From positions 1 through 56,287 of the forward strand of contig DIKW01000033.1 of the NCBI GenBank assembly GCA_002424705.1: 56,287 bases of DNA, in the 5' to 3' direction. Of the stretch, positions 33,001 through 40,856 are shown one piece after another. A program made the position numbers and the translations under genes. Source of the stretch: Geobacter sp. UBA5608 (GTDB lineage Bacteria; Desulfobacterota; Desulfuromonadia; Geobacterales; Pseudopelobacteraceae). How positions within the stretch are numbered: position 1 is the first letter of the stretch; each line of letters starts with the position of its first letter. A model generated the notes under the pieces. The model was not told the DNA's origin and made no database searches. It saw nothing but the letters and a program-made list of their open reading frames with translations.

Positions 33001-33224
33001 GCAGCCTGACCATGACCGCCGCCGCGTTTGATTTTGTGGAGCCGGACAAGGAAACCGGCGAGTTCCATACTGCACAGGTGGAGGTGACCGACGAGGATGT
33101 GGCCATCGTCATCGGCCAGATCAGGGAGGTCTACGCCGGGATCCAGGCCAAAGAGTTCAGCAGGGGCTGTGGTGAAGCGGATTGCGAGTGGTGCACGTTT
33201 GTGCGGCGGTTTGAGCGGCGCTGA
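30078..33224 (+). CDS. UvrD/Rep-family SF1 helicase fused to C-terminal PD-(D/E)XK (RecB-like) nuclease
   Basis: AGPGTGKT, TFHAFC, VDEFQD, GDDDQSIYRFQGA, RRLFYVAMTRA; nuclease RCP, GSAVH, GKLD..VVDYKTG, Q...Y, C....C..C. Confidence 0.92.
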   Translation: MKQLDRMFDRIRDRLNAEQRTAVETIEGPVLVIAGPGTGKTEILAARIATILRVSDALPENILCLTYTDAGTVAMRSRLLEFIGPDAYRVDIFTFHAFCNLVIQENADQFGIRSLAPVSELEQFQLVREIIDAFPQDHPLTRSTGDIHFESDRLLALYEIMKKEDWSAEFLAQQAERYAVSLIDDPEYRYKRATKDRDGTVHQKGELNEKKLRDSLRRLEQLKAAAATFSDYQRLLLERGRYDFSDMILWCVRAFQQSPDLLSRYQERYLYLLVDEFQDTSGSQYELLLQLADYWESPNLFAVGDDDQSIYRFQGASIENIRRFQQRYADDLTVVTLTENHRSSQRILDAAASLIANNNERLTDDKRLTAMNPEVADLPQPPHLRCYITQAHETVGISQSIEALRDQGIPLDRIAVIYRNHTQSDEIIRYLTGRGVAVATRRRADLLREPLIEKLLTVLRYLAAELQRPHSGERLLFELLHESWFGIPPLALARLSLEIGRRNAGQRVTSWRDELARCGRKTGQGELFPDPTEHALQQAGLMIEELVRDAATMTLQELLHQVITRLGILATALSSTERVWHLQLLNTLFDFVRDESAKTSLNLAGLLELLRDMQQQGISLPVEKLSYAGEGVNFLTAHGAKGLQFDYVFMLGCTSGAWDSAGRSRTYTLPPTVWTRCSGSEEEESRRLFYVAMTRARRQLVISWPQRDNNDKVLEQSRFVAELMQGGGLQPESIVLPDEALLAFGAVVLPSRRCELPLELIDTAFVDTLLQKYSLSVTHLNTYLRCPLSFYFNTLLRVPAPMNAAMTFGSAVHYALEQLFRTMLDDPRRQFPTDEAFVADFRWFMKRHEDGFTPSEFRRRLSYGEAILPAFHRRYAGSWNKNVLVEHAYRAIVVDGVPLNGKLDKLELDGSRARVVDYKTGNHKNALKKLRPPDPDKVAKAEQQGKKPASEDLLGGDYWRQAVFYRILLEHDPRRSLTMTAAAFDFVEPDKETGEFHTAQVEVTDEDVAIVIGQIREVYAGIQAKEFSRGCGEADCEWCTFVRRFERR

Positions 33225-33227
33225 AAT

Positions 33228-33263
33228 ACAACGGCCGACAGCCCAAAGGCTGCCGGCCGTTGT
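33228..33263. terminator. probable terminator hairpin between convergent genes
   Basis: ACAACGGCCG-A-CAGCC-CAAA-GGCTG-C-CGGCCGTTGT. Confidence 0.65.
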
Positions 33264-33285
33264 GTGTCTCTCCCCATCGGGCTGG

Positions 33286-33558
33286 CTACTTGATGTTGGG
33301 GTACTGGTAGCGTTGCTTGGCCTGAGCCGTCAGAGAATCAGGATTTTTGTTGGTCTGCTCCTGGCCGTTCTGGTCCTGATTGGCCTTCTGCAGGGCTTGC
33401 TGCGAAATGGTCACCGTGTCGGTTTTAGCAGCCTGCGGTGACTTCAGTGCGTCCTGATTGACCTGCGGCACCGCTGTCTGCTGTTCGGTCTTGGCATACG
33501 GGTTGGTATAGGCCGGATTTGTGGCCACGCTGTTCATCGAGATCTGACTGATTGCCAT
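33286..33558 (-). CDS. small low-complexity Q/N/T-rich hypothetical protein with DTVTIS..A motif
   Basis: AGGAGGT RBS before ATG 33558; motif resembles the N-terminal segment of FlgM-like proteins. Confidence 0.7.
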   Translation of the reverse strand: MAISQISMNSVATNPAYTNPYAKTEQQTAVPQVNQDALKSPQAAKTDTVTISQQALQKANQDQNGQEQTNKNPDSLTAQAKQRYQYPNIK

Positions 33559-33611
33559 CTGAGCCACCTCCTATCGGTATGGGGTCGTACTCGGAGCCCC
33601 GTTTCGTAGTG

Positions 33612-34121
33612 CTACATGCGTGCGTCAATGCTTGGTCGTTGTAACAACTGGGCATCGGTATATGAGATATTAACCGGCGGCGGTACGATCATCCGCAGGA
33701 GCTGCCGGTACAGCGCCGGGGCCTGCGACCTGAGGAGCTTCAGTTCCTCGCTGTTGCCCATGAAGGGCGGGTACTGCTTGGTCAGCGAGAGGTCCGGCTT
33801 GTCGGTCGGCTTCTGGATAACCGGCTCGGCCAGCTTCCGCTGGACCTGCTGATCGTCAAGGGCCGGCTGTTTGTCGTTTTCTTGCTGACCCTCAGCCAGT
33901 TTGCGGTTGGTCAGAGCCTTACTCAGGTCAAGCGCCTTGGGCGAAAGTTCAACCGTATCACTGGTTGGCGGTTGCAGACCGCCGCTTGTGCCTGGAGTGG
34001 CTGGCGCAGGTGGTGCGGCTGGTTGCGTCGGGCCGTTCATCACCATCTCTGCCCCCGGCGTGGTAACCGAGGCAGACGGGCCGATCGTGGCGGCACCCAG
34101 TGTTGTGATGGGAGAAGCCAT
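33612..34121 (-). CDS. P/T/A-rich hypothetical protein with DTVELS..A motif
   Basis: GGAG RBS; disordered N-terminus; C-terminal YPPFMGN..EL..L...PALY....IVPPP segment looks conserved-type. Confidence 0.7.
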   Translation of the reverse strand: MASPITTLGAATIGPSASVTTPGAEMVMNGPTQPAAPPAPATPGTSGGLQPPTSDTVELSPKALDLSKALTNRKLAEGQQENDKQPALDDQQVQRKLAEPVIQKPTDKPDLSLTKQYPPFMGNSEELKLLRSQAPALYRQLLRMIVPPPVNISYTDAQLLQRPSIDARM

Positions 34122-34158
34122 GACGCACTCCAGTCATGCGTTAGTCTATCTGTTTAAT

Positions 34159-34233
34159 ATAGTAGGCCTTTGCTGGCAGGAATGCAAACGGGAAATCTGC
34201 CCTTGCATATCGCCGGAAATAACCCATACTTGA
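34159..34233 (-). promoter_or_regulatory. candidate sigma28 (FliA) promoter plus sigma70-like promoter
   Basis: Minus strand TCAA-15 bp-GGCGATAT (34233-34207) and TTGCAT-17 bp-TACTAT (34187-34159). Confidence 0.5.
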
Positions 34234-34273
34234 GCAGGCTGGCTGCTGTTGAACTGCGTCCGAGGAGGATATC

Positions 34274-35011
34274 ATGAGCCCTGTACTGCCAATTATCGCT
34301 ATGTTGTTGCTCTTGCTGCTATCTCCCTGCCAGGCCGGATTTTTTGATGATCTTTCCCGTGCCGTGCTCTCACCTGCGCAGCAGGGAGGCAGCAACCTGG
34401 ACAACACGACCATGGTTAAAGGGCTGAAAGAGGCGTTGGCCACCGGCACCGAGCGGGCCGTGGCAACGGTATCCAAACCCGATGGCTACCTTGGCAATCA
34501 GTTGATCAAGATCCTGTTGCCGGAGCGGCTGCAACAGGCCGCCAACCTGCTCGGGAAGCTTGGTTATCAGCAGCAGGTGGACGAGTTGGTGCTGAGTATG
34601 AACCGGGCAGCAGAGAAGGCTGCACCCCAGGCAGCCGGCTTTTTTGGAGATGCCATCCGACAGATGACGGTGGAGGATGCCAAGGGCCTGCTGCAGGGGG
34701 GCGATACGGCAGCCACCAAATTTTTTGAAGACAAAACCCGCAGCCGCCTGTTTGAGGCATTCAAGCCGTCGGTGTCCGCAAGTATGGATAAGGTCGGCAC
34801 CGCCCGGGCCTACAAAGAGATGATCGGCAAGTATGAGGCATTACCGTTGGCTTCTCTGGCCGGCAAACCAAGCCTCGATCTGGACAGCTACGTTATCAAT
34901 CAGGCTCTGGACGGTCTGTTCACCATGGTGGCCGAGGAGGAGAAGAAGATCAGGACCAATCCTGCGGCCCGTACCACCGACCTGTTGCGCACCGTATTCG
35001 GCAGCAAATGA
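34274..35011 (+). CDS. DUF4197 family exported protein
   Basis: GLKEAL..G...AV, KILLP, MNRAAEKA, ALDGLF...AEEE..IR.NP.AR.T.LL..VF. Confidence 0.88.
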   Translation: MSPVLPIIAMLLLLLLSPCQAGFFDDLSRAVLSPAQQGGSNLDNTTMVKGLKEALATGTERAVATVSKPDGYLGNQLIKILLPERLQQAANLLGKLGYQQQVDELVLSMNRAAEKAAPQAAGFFGDAIRQMTVEDAKGLLQGGDTAATKFFEDKTRSRLFEAFKPSVSASMDKVGTARAYKEMIGKYEALPLASLAGKPSLDLDSYVINQALDGLFTMVAEEEKKIRTNPAARTTDLLRTVFGSK

Positions 35012-35049
35012 GGTCTGCCGGTTGCGGGGATGAGGCCGTAAAACATCAG

Positions 35050-35616
35050 TCAGGGCTGGTCAGGCCGGGGGGTGCCCGATGCACCGCTCGTCGAGCGGAC
35101 GACCTTGGCCGGCAGAAACCCCTGCTGCTGGGCCCGTTGCAGGATCTGACCGTAGAGGTCCTCCGAGATCTGCGGTGAGCGGCTGAGAATCCAGAAGTAG
35201 TTGCGATCCGGTGTACCCACCACTGCGTACTCGTAGTCTGCGCCCAGTCCAATAATCCAGTAATCACCGCGGAACGGCCAGAAGAAGGACACCTTCAGCT
35301 TGGCGTTGCTGACGGAGTCGACCACCCAGGCCCGCCCGCGGGCCTGGCGGATAGAGCCTGTCTCCGCGTCGCGACAACTGTTCAGCACGTCAATATCGCC
35401 ATCATCCCGTAGGCTGTAATCGGCGCTGCTTTCCTGACAGCCCTGCTGAAACCGGTTGGGGTAGCGGGCGATCTCATACCACCTGCCGAGATAGCGCTGC
35501 AGGTCGACCTGGGCAACGGTTTCCAGGGGCGGCGGCGCGGGGGACATGGCAGCTGCACTGCCGTTGCATAGCAGTGCCATCAGTGCCGTGAGTATGCTGT
35601 TGCCGAGAATTTTCAT
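35050..35616 (-). CDS. bacterial lipocalin (Blc family)
   Basis: VDLQRYLGRWYEIAR, KLKVSFFWPF.GDYW, YFWILSR. Confidence 0.9.
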   Translation of the reverse strand: MKILGNSILTALMALLCNGSAAAMSPAPPPLETVAQVDLQRYLGRWYEIARYPNRFQQGCQESSADYSLRDDGDIDVLNSCRDAETGSIRQARGRAWVVDSVSNAKLKVSFFWPFRGDYWIIGLGADYEYAVVGTPDRNYFWILSRSPQISEDLYGQILQRAQQQGFLPAKVVRSTSGASGTPRPDQP

Positions 35617-35660
35617 GGGCGCCTTTCGTTTAGGTCTGCCGGCCGTACCGGCTTAAGCGC

Positions 35661-35689
35661 GAACCGCCTCTGGCAGCCAGAGGCGGTTC
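35661..35689. repeat. perfect 14-bp inverted repeat between two minus-strand genes
   Basis: GAACCGCCTCTGGC-A-GCCAGAGGCGGTTC; no U-tract on the minus strand, so the role (terminator or mRNA stabiliser) is unclear. Confidence 0.6.
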
Positions 35690-35704
35690 TTCTCGTCAGG
35701 CCCA

Positions 35705-36433
35705 TTATTTACGTTGTCCGGACCAGCTTTGGGTGGGCGGGTCGTTACAGTAGCCCCAGCGTCCGCCGAAACGGTCACCATCGAAGGTGAGCTCTATGCT
35801 GCCCCAGTAGTAGCGGCCATTTTTGGCGGTGCTGCAGCGACGGCTGGAGCTGTCTTCGATCCAGTAGCCTTGCATGATCTGGCTGGTGAGCGAGCCGACA
35901 ATCTCGCCGTTGTCGCTGCCATAGCGTCCGCTGACCCGGTTTCCCTGCTGGCGGAAGCGGATATCCCCTTCGGTTGAACCCCAGGTTCCCTCGATATTCA
36001 GCTCCTCGCGGATGGTGAATGGGTCGTCGTTGTGAGCTGGTGGCGGAGGTGCTGCCTTACGCGGCGGGCTTGAGGTGCGGGTGCCGCTCCAGGCGCTGGT
36101 CAGCGCATCGTTGCAGTAGCCCCATTGGCCAGAAAAACCGCTGTCAGTGAACTCGATCGAGATCCTGCCCCAATAGTAACGGCCATTCTTGGCTGTGCTG
36201 CAACGGCGGGCCGAGCTGTCCTCAATCCAGAAACCATCCATGGTCCGATCATACAGCACTCCGGTCAGTTCGCCGTTGTCATTGCCGTAGCGGCCAGTCA
36301 CCCGATCACCCTGCTGACGCAGCGTCATGGCGCCCTCGGTGCTGTTGTAGGTACCGGCCACCGTAACGGCCTGGGCCAGTCCGGCGACCATGACAATAAG
36401 TGAAAAAACAAGTGCTGGAACTATGTTGCGCAT
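35705..36433 (-). CDS. secreted protein with two tandem ~90 aa beta-rich repeats
   Basis: Signal peptide, AAGGAGG RBS; each repeat has STEG....RQQG.RV.GRYG.DNGE...WIEDSS.RRCSTAKNGRYYWG...WGYCND; Pro-rich linker. Confidence 0.85.
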   Translation of the reverse strand: MRNIVPALVFSLIVMVAGLAQAVTVAGTYNSTEGAMTLRQQGDRVTGRYGNDNGELTGVLYDRTMDGFWIEDSSARRCSTAKNGRYYWGRISIEFTDSGFSGQWGYCNDALTSAWSGTRTSSPPRKAAPPPPAHNDDPFTIREELNIEGTWGSTEGDIRFRQQGNRVSGRYGSDNGEIVGSLTSQIMQGYWIEDSSSRRCSTAKNGRYYWGSIELTFDGDRFGGRWGYCNDPPTQSWSGQRK

Positions 36434-36541
36434 GATGCTACCTCCTTGTCGGTTTCCGCGTCAGATGCAGAAACAGGTGCTGTAAAACGCAGTCATCGGC
36501 TCTGCAGTGCTGTGTAGTAATCTGTCGCTGTAGTAGAGTTG

Positions 36542-38284
36542 CTAGATGCCTGTTGACGAACCGGCCGTCAAGCGGTGCAACTCGTCGCGCAGCTGCTTGA
36601 AATCAATCGGTTTGCTCAGATAGCCGTCAAACCCCTCCGCCAGCAGCCGTTCACGGTCGCCCTGCAGGGCATAGGCCGTGATGGCAATGATGGGAATATG
36701 TCCTCCCAGAACATGTTCCTGCTGACGGATGGCTGCAGTTGCCAGCCGTCCGTCCATCACGGGCATGTGGATATCCATCAGGATACAGTCCCACGCCTCT
36801 TCTTGCCATCGCTTCAGAACCTGGCGCCCATCCTCCACCACCAGTGTCTGATGTCCCATGCGCTGTAAAATGGTCTGCAGGGCGAAGGCGTTCATCTGAT
36901 TGTCTTCTGCAATCAACAGCTTCAAACCGTGTGTCTGGTGAGTCTCAACCGCGAGATCATCGCCGTTGGACGAGCAAAGCGTATGTTGATTGATCAAAAA
37001 CGGCAGTTCAACAGAGAAGCTGCTGCCCTTGCCCTCGGTGCTCTCAGCCCAGATGCAGCCGCCCATCAGCTCGGACAAACGCCGACAGATGGCCAGCCCC
37101 AGGCCGCTGCCACCGTACCGTCGTGTTGATGAGCTGTCTGCCTGTTCAAAGTAGCCGAAGATACGCTCCAGGGTATCTGGTGCCATGCCGATGCCGGTAT
37201 CGGTAATTTTCAGAAGGATGGTTACGCGCTGGTCCTGGTGCCCCAGCAGTGTTACGGCAATGGTGATGCTGCCCTGCTCCGTGAATTTAATGGCATTGCC
37301 CAGCAGGTTGAATATGATCTGTTTGAACCTCAGTACGTCTCCAACCAGTTCGTCAGGCAGCTCATCAGGCAGATGCAGCACGAGCTCAAGCCGCTTCTGA
37401 TTGATACGGGCAATTTGGTTGGCAATCACCTCCTGCATGGTACGTCGCAGGCTGAAGGTCGTTGATTCCAGATTCAGCTTGCCCGCCTCGATCTTGGACA
37501 GGTCAAGGATATCGTTCAACAGGGTCACCAGGGTGTTGCCCGACAGTTCGATATTGTCCAGGTACCCCTTCTGTTCCTGGGTCAGTTCAGTAAAACGAAG
37601 CAGCTGGGTCATGCCGATCACGCCGTTCATCGGGGTGCGAATCTCATGGCTCATGTTGGCCAGAAACTCACTCTTGGCCCGGTTGGCAGCCTCAGCCGCC
37701 AGGCAGGCCTGCTCGAGCTCGGCAGTCCGTTCGACCACCCGTTGCTCCAGTTCGCGGGCCTGCTGCTCAATCTGGCGGAAGCTGAGGGCATTCTTGAGGG
37801 CCAACGAGATCATGGGGGTCAACAGCTTGATGGTCTTGTCGATCTCTGCAATCCGGTCAAGGCCGGGGATATCGAACAGCAGTAGCAGGCCCACGAATTC
37901 CCCTGCGGCCTGGAGCGGGTAGCGGGCAAAGGAATGGATTGCAGTGCGTTGTAACGGTTTATACAACGGGTGCTCAGGCGATAACTGGTTGGTGTAATGG
38001 GGCACGTCGCCAGGGGTATGCTCAGGGCAGAACAGTTCAAGTTCTTCAAAGGAAAACAGCGTAGCTCTGCGTGCCGGACTTACATTCAACAGCTCATGGT
38101 GCGCCGGAGTTCCCTGGTGGGTCAGTATCATGATCGTCCGTGCGCCGGTCAGTTCTCGCAGATGTTCGGCCAGGGTCTGTCCCAGGGTGAGCGGGGAGGT
38201 AGAGATCAACAGTTCAGAGATGACCTCCAGTGCCATCAGCTGGGCTGCCGGCGGGAGCAGGCTCGGGGGATGTGCCGGTTTCAT
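36542..38284 (-). CDS. soluble hybrid histidine kinase (GAF-like, HisKA, HATPase, REC)
   Basis: No TM; GAF-like N-terminus (YPL...GEFVGLLLL); [28 protein letters not shown]; REC with MDIHMP; ATGA overlap with the upstream gene. Confidence 0.92.
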   Translation of the reverse strand: MKPAHPPSLLPPAAQLMALEVISELLISTSPLTLGQTLAEHLRELTGARTIMILTHQGTPAHHELLNVSPARRATLFSFEELELFCPEHTPGDVPHYTNQLSPEHPLYKPLQRTAIHSFARYPLQAAGEFVGLLLLFDIPGLDRIAEIDKTIKLLTPMISLALKNALSFRQIEQQARELEQRVVERTAELEQACLAAEAANRAKSEFLANMSHEIRTPMNGVIGMTQLLRFTELTQEQKGYLDNIELSGNTLVTLLNDILDLSKIEAGKLNLESTTFSLRRTMQEVIANQIARINQKRLELVLHLPDELPDELVGDVLRFKQIIFNLLGNAIKFTEQGSITIAVTLLGHQDQRVTILLKITDTGIGMAPDTLERIFGYFEQADSSSTRRYGGSGLGLAICRRLSELMGGCIWAESTEGKGSSFSVELPFLINQHTLCSSNGDDLAVETHQTHGLKLLIAEDNQMNAFALQTILQRMGHQTLVVEDGRQVLKRWQEEAWDCILMDIHMPVMDGRLATAAIRQQEHVLGGHIPIIAITAYALQGDRERLLAEGFDGYLSKPIDFKQLRDELHRLTAGSSTGI

Positions 38285-38892
38285 GGGAAGTTTACCTCAA
38301 CCAAGGGGTTGGTTTGCGCCTCGTTCTGCGCAGCCAGCAGTTGTGAGAGCATGATCTCCAGATTGACAACCTCAACCTGCCAGGGCAGCCCGCTATAGGC
38401 AGAAAACGCAGCCATCTCTTGGGCTGGCACCGGGGCTAGCCCGGTATCCAGGTAGACCAGCACACTGCGGGTTTCCCGCATCAGGTCGTGTGCCACGGTT
38501 CGCGTCAGTCCGAGCTCGTGCTGCATGATCTCTTCCCAGCGCCCAGCCCATTCCGGCAGTACCAGGAAGGCCTCCTGGTGCATCAACTGCCGGTAGCGGT
38601 CACGTCCCAGCAGCAGCTGGGCGCAGTTGATCGCATTAACCCTGCCCACCCGGAAACGGCGCACCAGGTCCAGCATCCGGCTGCAGCAGTCGCCATAGGC
38701 CAGCACCAGGCAGCGCGGCGTGTCAGCATCCTTTTCCAGCAGTCTGGTCAGGGTCGCCTCCAGCGCGGGCGGGTCCATGTGCAGCATTGAATCAAGAAAC
38801 AGCAGTTTCCCCTTGATCAACCCCCGCTGGTGCAGCGCCTCCATTTCGGCACGCAGCACCCCGCAGCTGAGCCAGACGGTGTCAGTGGTCAT
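38281..38892 (-). CDS. DUF1638 family protein
   Basis: SCGVL..E, LH..P..L, LAYGDC, NC..LLLG pattern; 1-nt TAATG overlap with the upstream gene. Confidence 0.8.
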   Translation of the reverse strand: MTTDTVWLSCGVLRAEMEALHQRGLIKGKLLFLDSMLHMDPPALEATLTRLLEKDADTPRCLVLAYGDCCSRMLDLVRRFRVGRVNAINCAQLLLGRDRYRQLMHQEAFLVLPEWAGRWEEIMQHELGLTRTVAHDLMRETRSVLVYLDTGLAPVPAQEMAAFSAYSGLPWQVEVVNLEIMLSQLLAAQNEAQTNPLVEVNFP

Positions 38893-39923
38893 TAGGGGTA
38901 GCCCCTCTCGACGGCGTAATCGCGGCTGGCGGTAAGCAAGGTCTGCAGATTTTCGGGAGTGGTGGCCAGCGAGATGTCGGCACCGGCGTTGGAGAGGATG
39001 AAGTGGCCGCTTGGTGCGGCAGTTCGCAGACAGTCCATCGCCAAGGCGTACAGCTCCTCTGGCGATACGGCGGGAAAACAGAGATTATCCAGATTGCCGA
39101 TCAGGGTAAGCTCCGGTCCCGCCAGGGCCCGCGCCTGCGCCAGGTCGTCCTTTGAGCCAACCGCCACCGCCACCAGCCCGTCAAGGCCGGGGAGCAGATC
39201 AAGGACATGGTTGATGCTGCCGCCGGTTTGATGCAGCACCATGGGTCCCTGCACTTGTGCAAAGGTCGCCTGCAGATGCGGCAGAAACCGTTCGGCAAAC
39301 AGGCTGCGGGGGGCGATCTCGGCCGCTGCCATCCCCTCGGTCACCACCAGGCAGTCGGCACCGGCCTGCAGCAAGGCATTAGCCCAGGTCACGAAAAACC
39401 GACCGGTATGCTCCAGTAGTTTTTGGGCGGTATCCTGATCAAACAGGAGCGTCTCCAGCCACTGCTCCATGCCGATCAACAGCGAGGGGAGGATGCCGGG
39501 TCCCGGCACCACGCCGATCACCGGTACCTGCTCTTTGTAGTGCGCTGCCAAGCTGCGGGTTGACTCCAGGATGGCCGGCAACCGGCCGGTGCGCTGCGGA
39601 TCAGGTAGCGTCATCCCTAGTGCCGCCTCTGCAGAGGTGGTGGCCGGGCGTTTCATGTTGGGCGCCTGATCGTTGAACCAGGCTACCTGGCCGCCAAACG
39701 CCTCTGCTATGGCGCTGTAATTAAATTCGGTCATCACCAGGTCAAAGCCAAAGGCCTCCTGTACGGCCCGCTGGCCAGCCACCCAGGCCGCCGGGTCGCG
39801 GTACAGCGTCTTGAGTTCGACACCGGTCAGCTTACCTCCATAGGCGCCCAGCACGGCCAGAACCGGTACGCGATCCACCGGCTGTCCTCTCAGGGTGTTC
39901 ATCACGCGTTGGTAGGCGTTCAT
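38892..39923 (-). CDS. uroporphyrinogen decarboxylase/MtaA-CmuA methyltransferase-fold protein, Zn-binding Cys absent
   Basis: RV...L.GQPVDRVPV, AEAFG, GRLP.ILE, GNLD; LHQTG in place of LHxCG and AGAD in place of PGC. Confidence 0.82.
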   Translation of the reverse strand: MNAYQRVMNTLRGQPVDRVPVLAVLGAYGGKLTGVELKTLYRDPAAWVAGQRAVQEAFGFDLVMTEFNYSAIAEAFGGQVAWFNDQAPNMKRPATTSAEAALGMTLPDPQRTGRLPAILESTRSLAAHYKEQVPVIGVVPGPGILPSLLIGMEQWLETLLFDQDTAQKLLEHTGRFFVTWANALLQAGADCLVVTEGMAAAEIAPRSLFAERFLPHLQATFAQVQGPMVLHQTGGSINHVLDLLPGLDGLVAVAVGSKDDLAQARALAGPELTLIGNLDNLCFPAVSPEELYALAMDCLRTAAPSGHFILSNAGADISLATTPENLQTLLTASRDYAVERGYP

Positions 39924-40588
39924 GGTCTGCCTCCTGCCCGTGCGGCTGACTGCAGCCGCATGAACAGCTCATCTGCATTCACCGCGTTACGGGCAGTTCC
40001 ATCGCCCCCCACCTCTGCCACCAAATCAGGACGCCAGTTAAACACCGCGCCACCCACCGCCAGCTTCAGGCGCTGCTGCAGGCCGCGACTGTCAATCAGC
40101 TCCCGCAGTCTGCGGATGTTCAAGGCGGTGGTCTGCATCATTGCTGAGGCGCCGATCACGCTGGCATTGACGGCAAGTGCCGTGTCAATAAACTGCTCTG
40201 CCGGTACGTCATTGCCCAGGTCATGAACCTCCCAGCCGGCAGCGGCGAGAAACAGGGCAACGGTCCGTCGACCCAGGCTGTGAAAGTCATCTTCGATATT
40301 GCCAATCACTGCGACCCCCTTGGTGGGGTATTGGTCGGTTCGTTCGGGAATACAGCGCAGCATGGCGTCTTCGGCAATTTTAGCAGCCACAAACCCTTGA
40401 GCCAGCGAGAGGGTTTCCTGCTCCCATCTGCGTCCAAGACGGACCAGGGCCGGATCGAGAATGTCGGTGATGACCAGCATCGGTGCAATGCCCGATGCAA
40501 GCGCTTGGGAGATGATCTCCGCTGCAGCAGTGCGATCAGAGGAGATCATGGTGTCCAGCAGTCTATCTGTCCAATCCCGATGAACCAT
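39920..40588 (-). CDS. cobalamin-binding (corrinoid) protein, cap + B12 Rossmann domain
   Basis: Cap four-helix bundle; DFHSLG (DxHxxG), DLG.DVP, GASAM, VGGA; start at ATG 40588 with AGGAGGT RBS. Confidence 0.9.
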   Translation of the reverse strand: MVHRDWTDRLLDTMISSDRTAAAEIISQALASGIAPMLVITDILDPALVRLGRRWEQETLSLAQGFVAAKIAEDAMLRCIPERTDQYPTKGVAVIGNIEDDFHSLGRRTVALFLAAAGWEVHDLGNDVPAEQFIDTALAVNASVIGASAMMQTTALNIRRLRELIDSRGLQQRLKLAVGGAVFNWRPDLVAEVGGDGTARNAVNADELFMRLQSAARAGGRP

Positions 40589-40666
40589 GCAAAAACCTCC
40601 TGGCGATGCAGCCATAATGGTACGTCGGACTGCTCGTTCCGTATCGCTGCAGCATTCAAGGAACTG

Positions 40667-40694
40667 ATTGTACTGTAGACCAGCGTTGCGTCAA
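40667..40694 (-). promoter_or_regulatory. sigma70-type promoter for the corrinoid/kinase operon
   Basis: Minus strand TTGACG-16 bp-TACAAT. Confidence 0.55.
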
Positions 40695-40856
40695 GTGGGC
40701 TATGCTTGCTGGTGTGCGAAACAGTGGTGTACTCAGGTGTCAGGCGTTTGTGAAAAAAGAGTCTGCGTATTGGCGGTTGATGGTCAACTGCCTTGAGTGG
40801 ACTTCCGAAACGTTCAGATTGCGGTATACTAAATAAAAAATTTAAGAGGTAACCGC

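Noticed and set aside
38892-39923. hemE (true uroporphyrinogen decarboxylase)
   Set aside because: It lacks the RQAGR motif, and its context is a corrinoid protein rather than heme synthesis.
39920-40588. CarH-type adenosylcobalamin photoreceptor
   Set aside because: The cap has Trp but reads W-x9-GF rather than W-x9-EH, and there is no DNA-binding domain; light sensing is not excluded but is unsupported.
40589-40856. Cobalamin riboswitch upstream of the corrinoid operon
   Set aside because: No B12-box or GGGAA/GCCACTG-type elements are visible, and the predicted leader is only about 70 nt.
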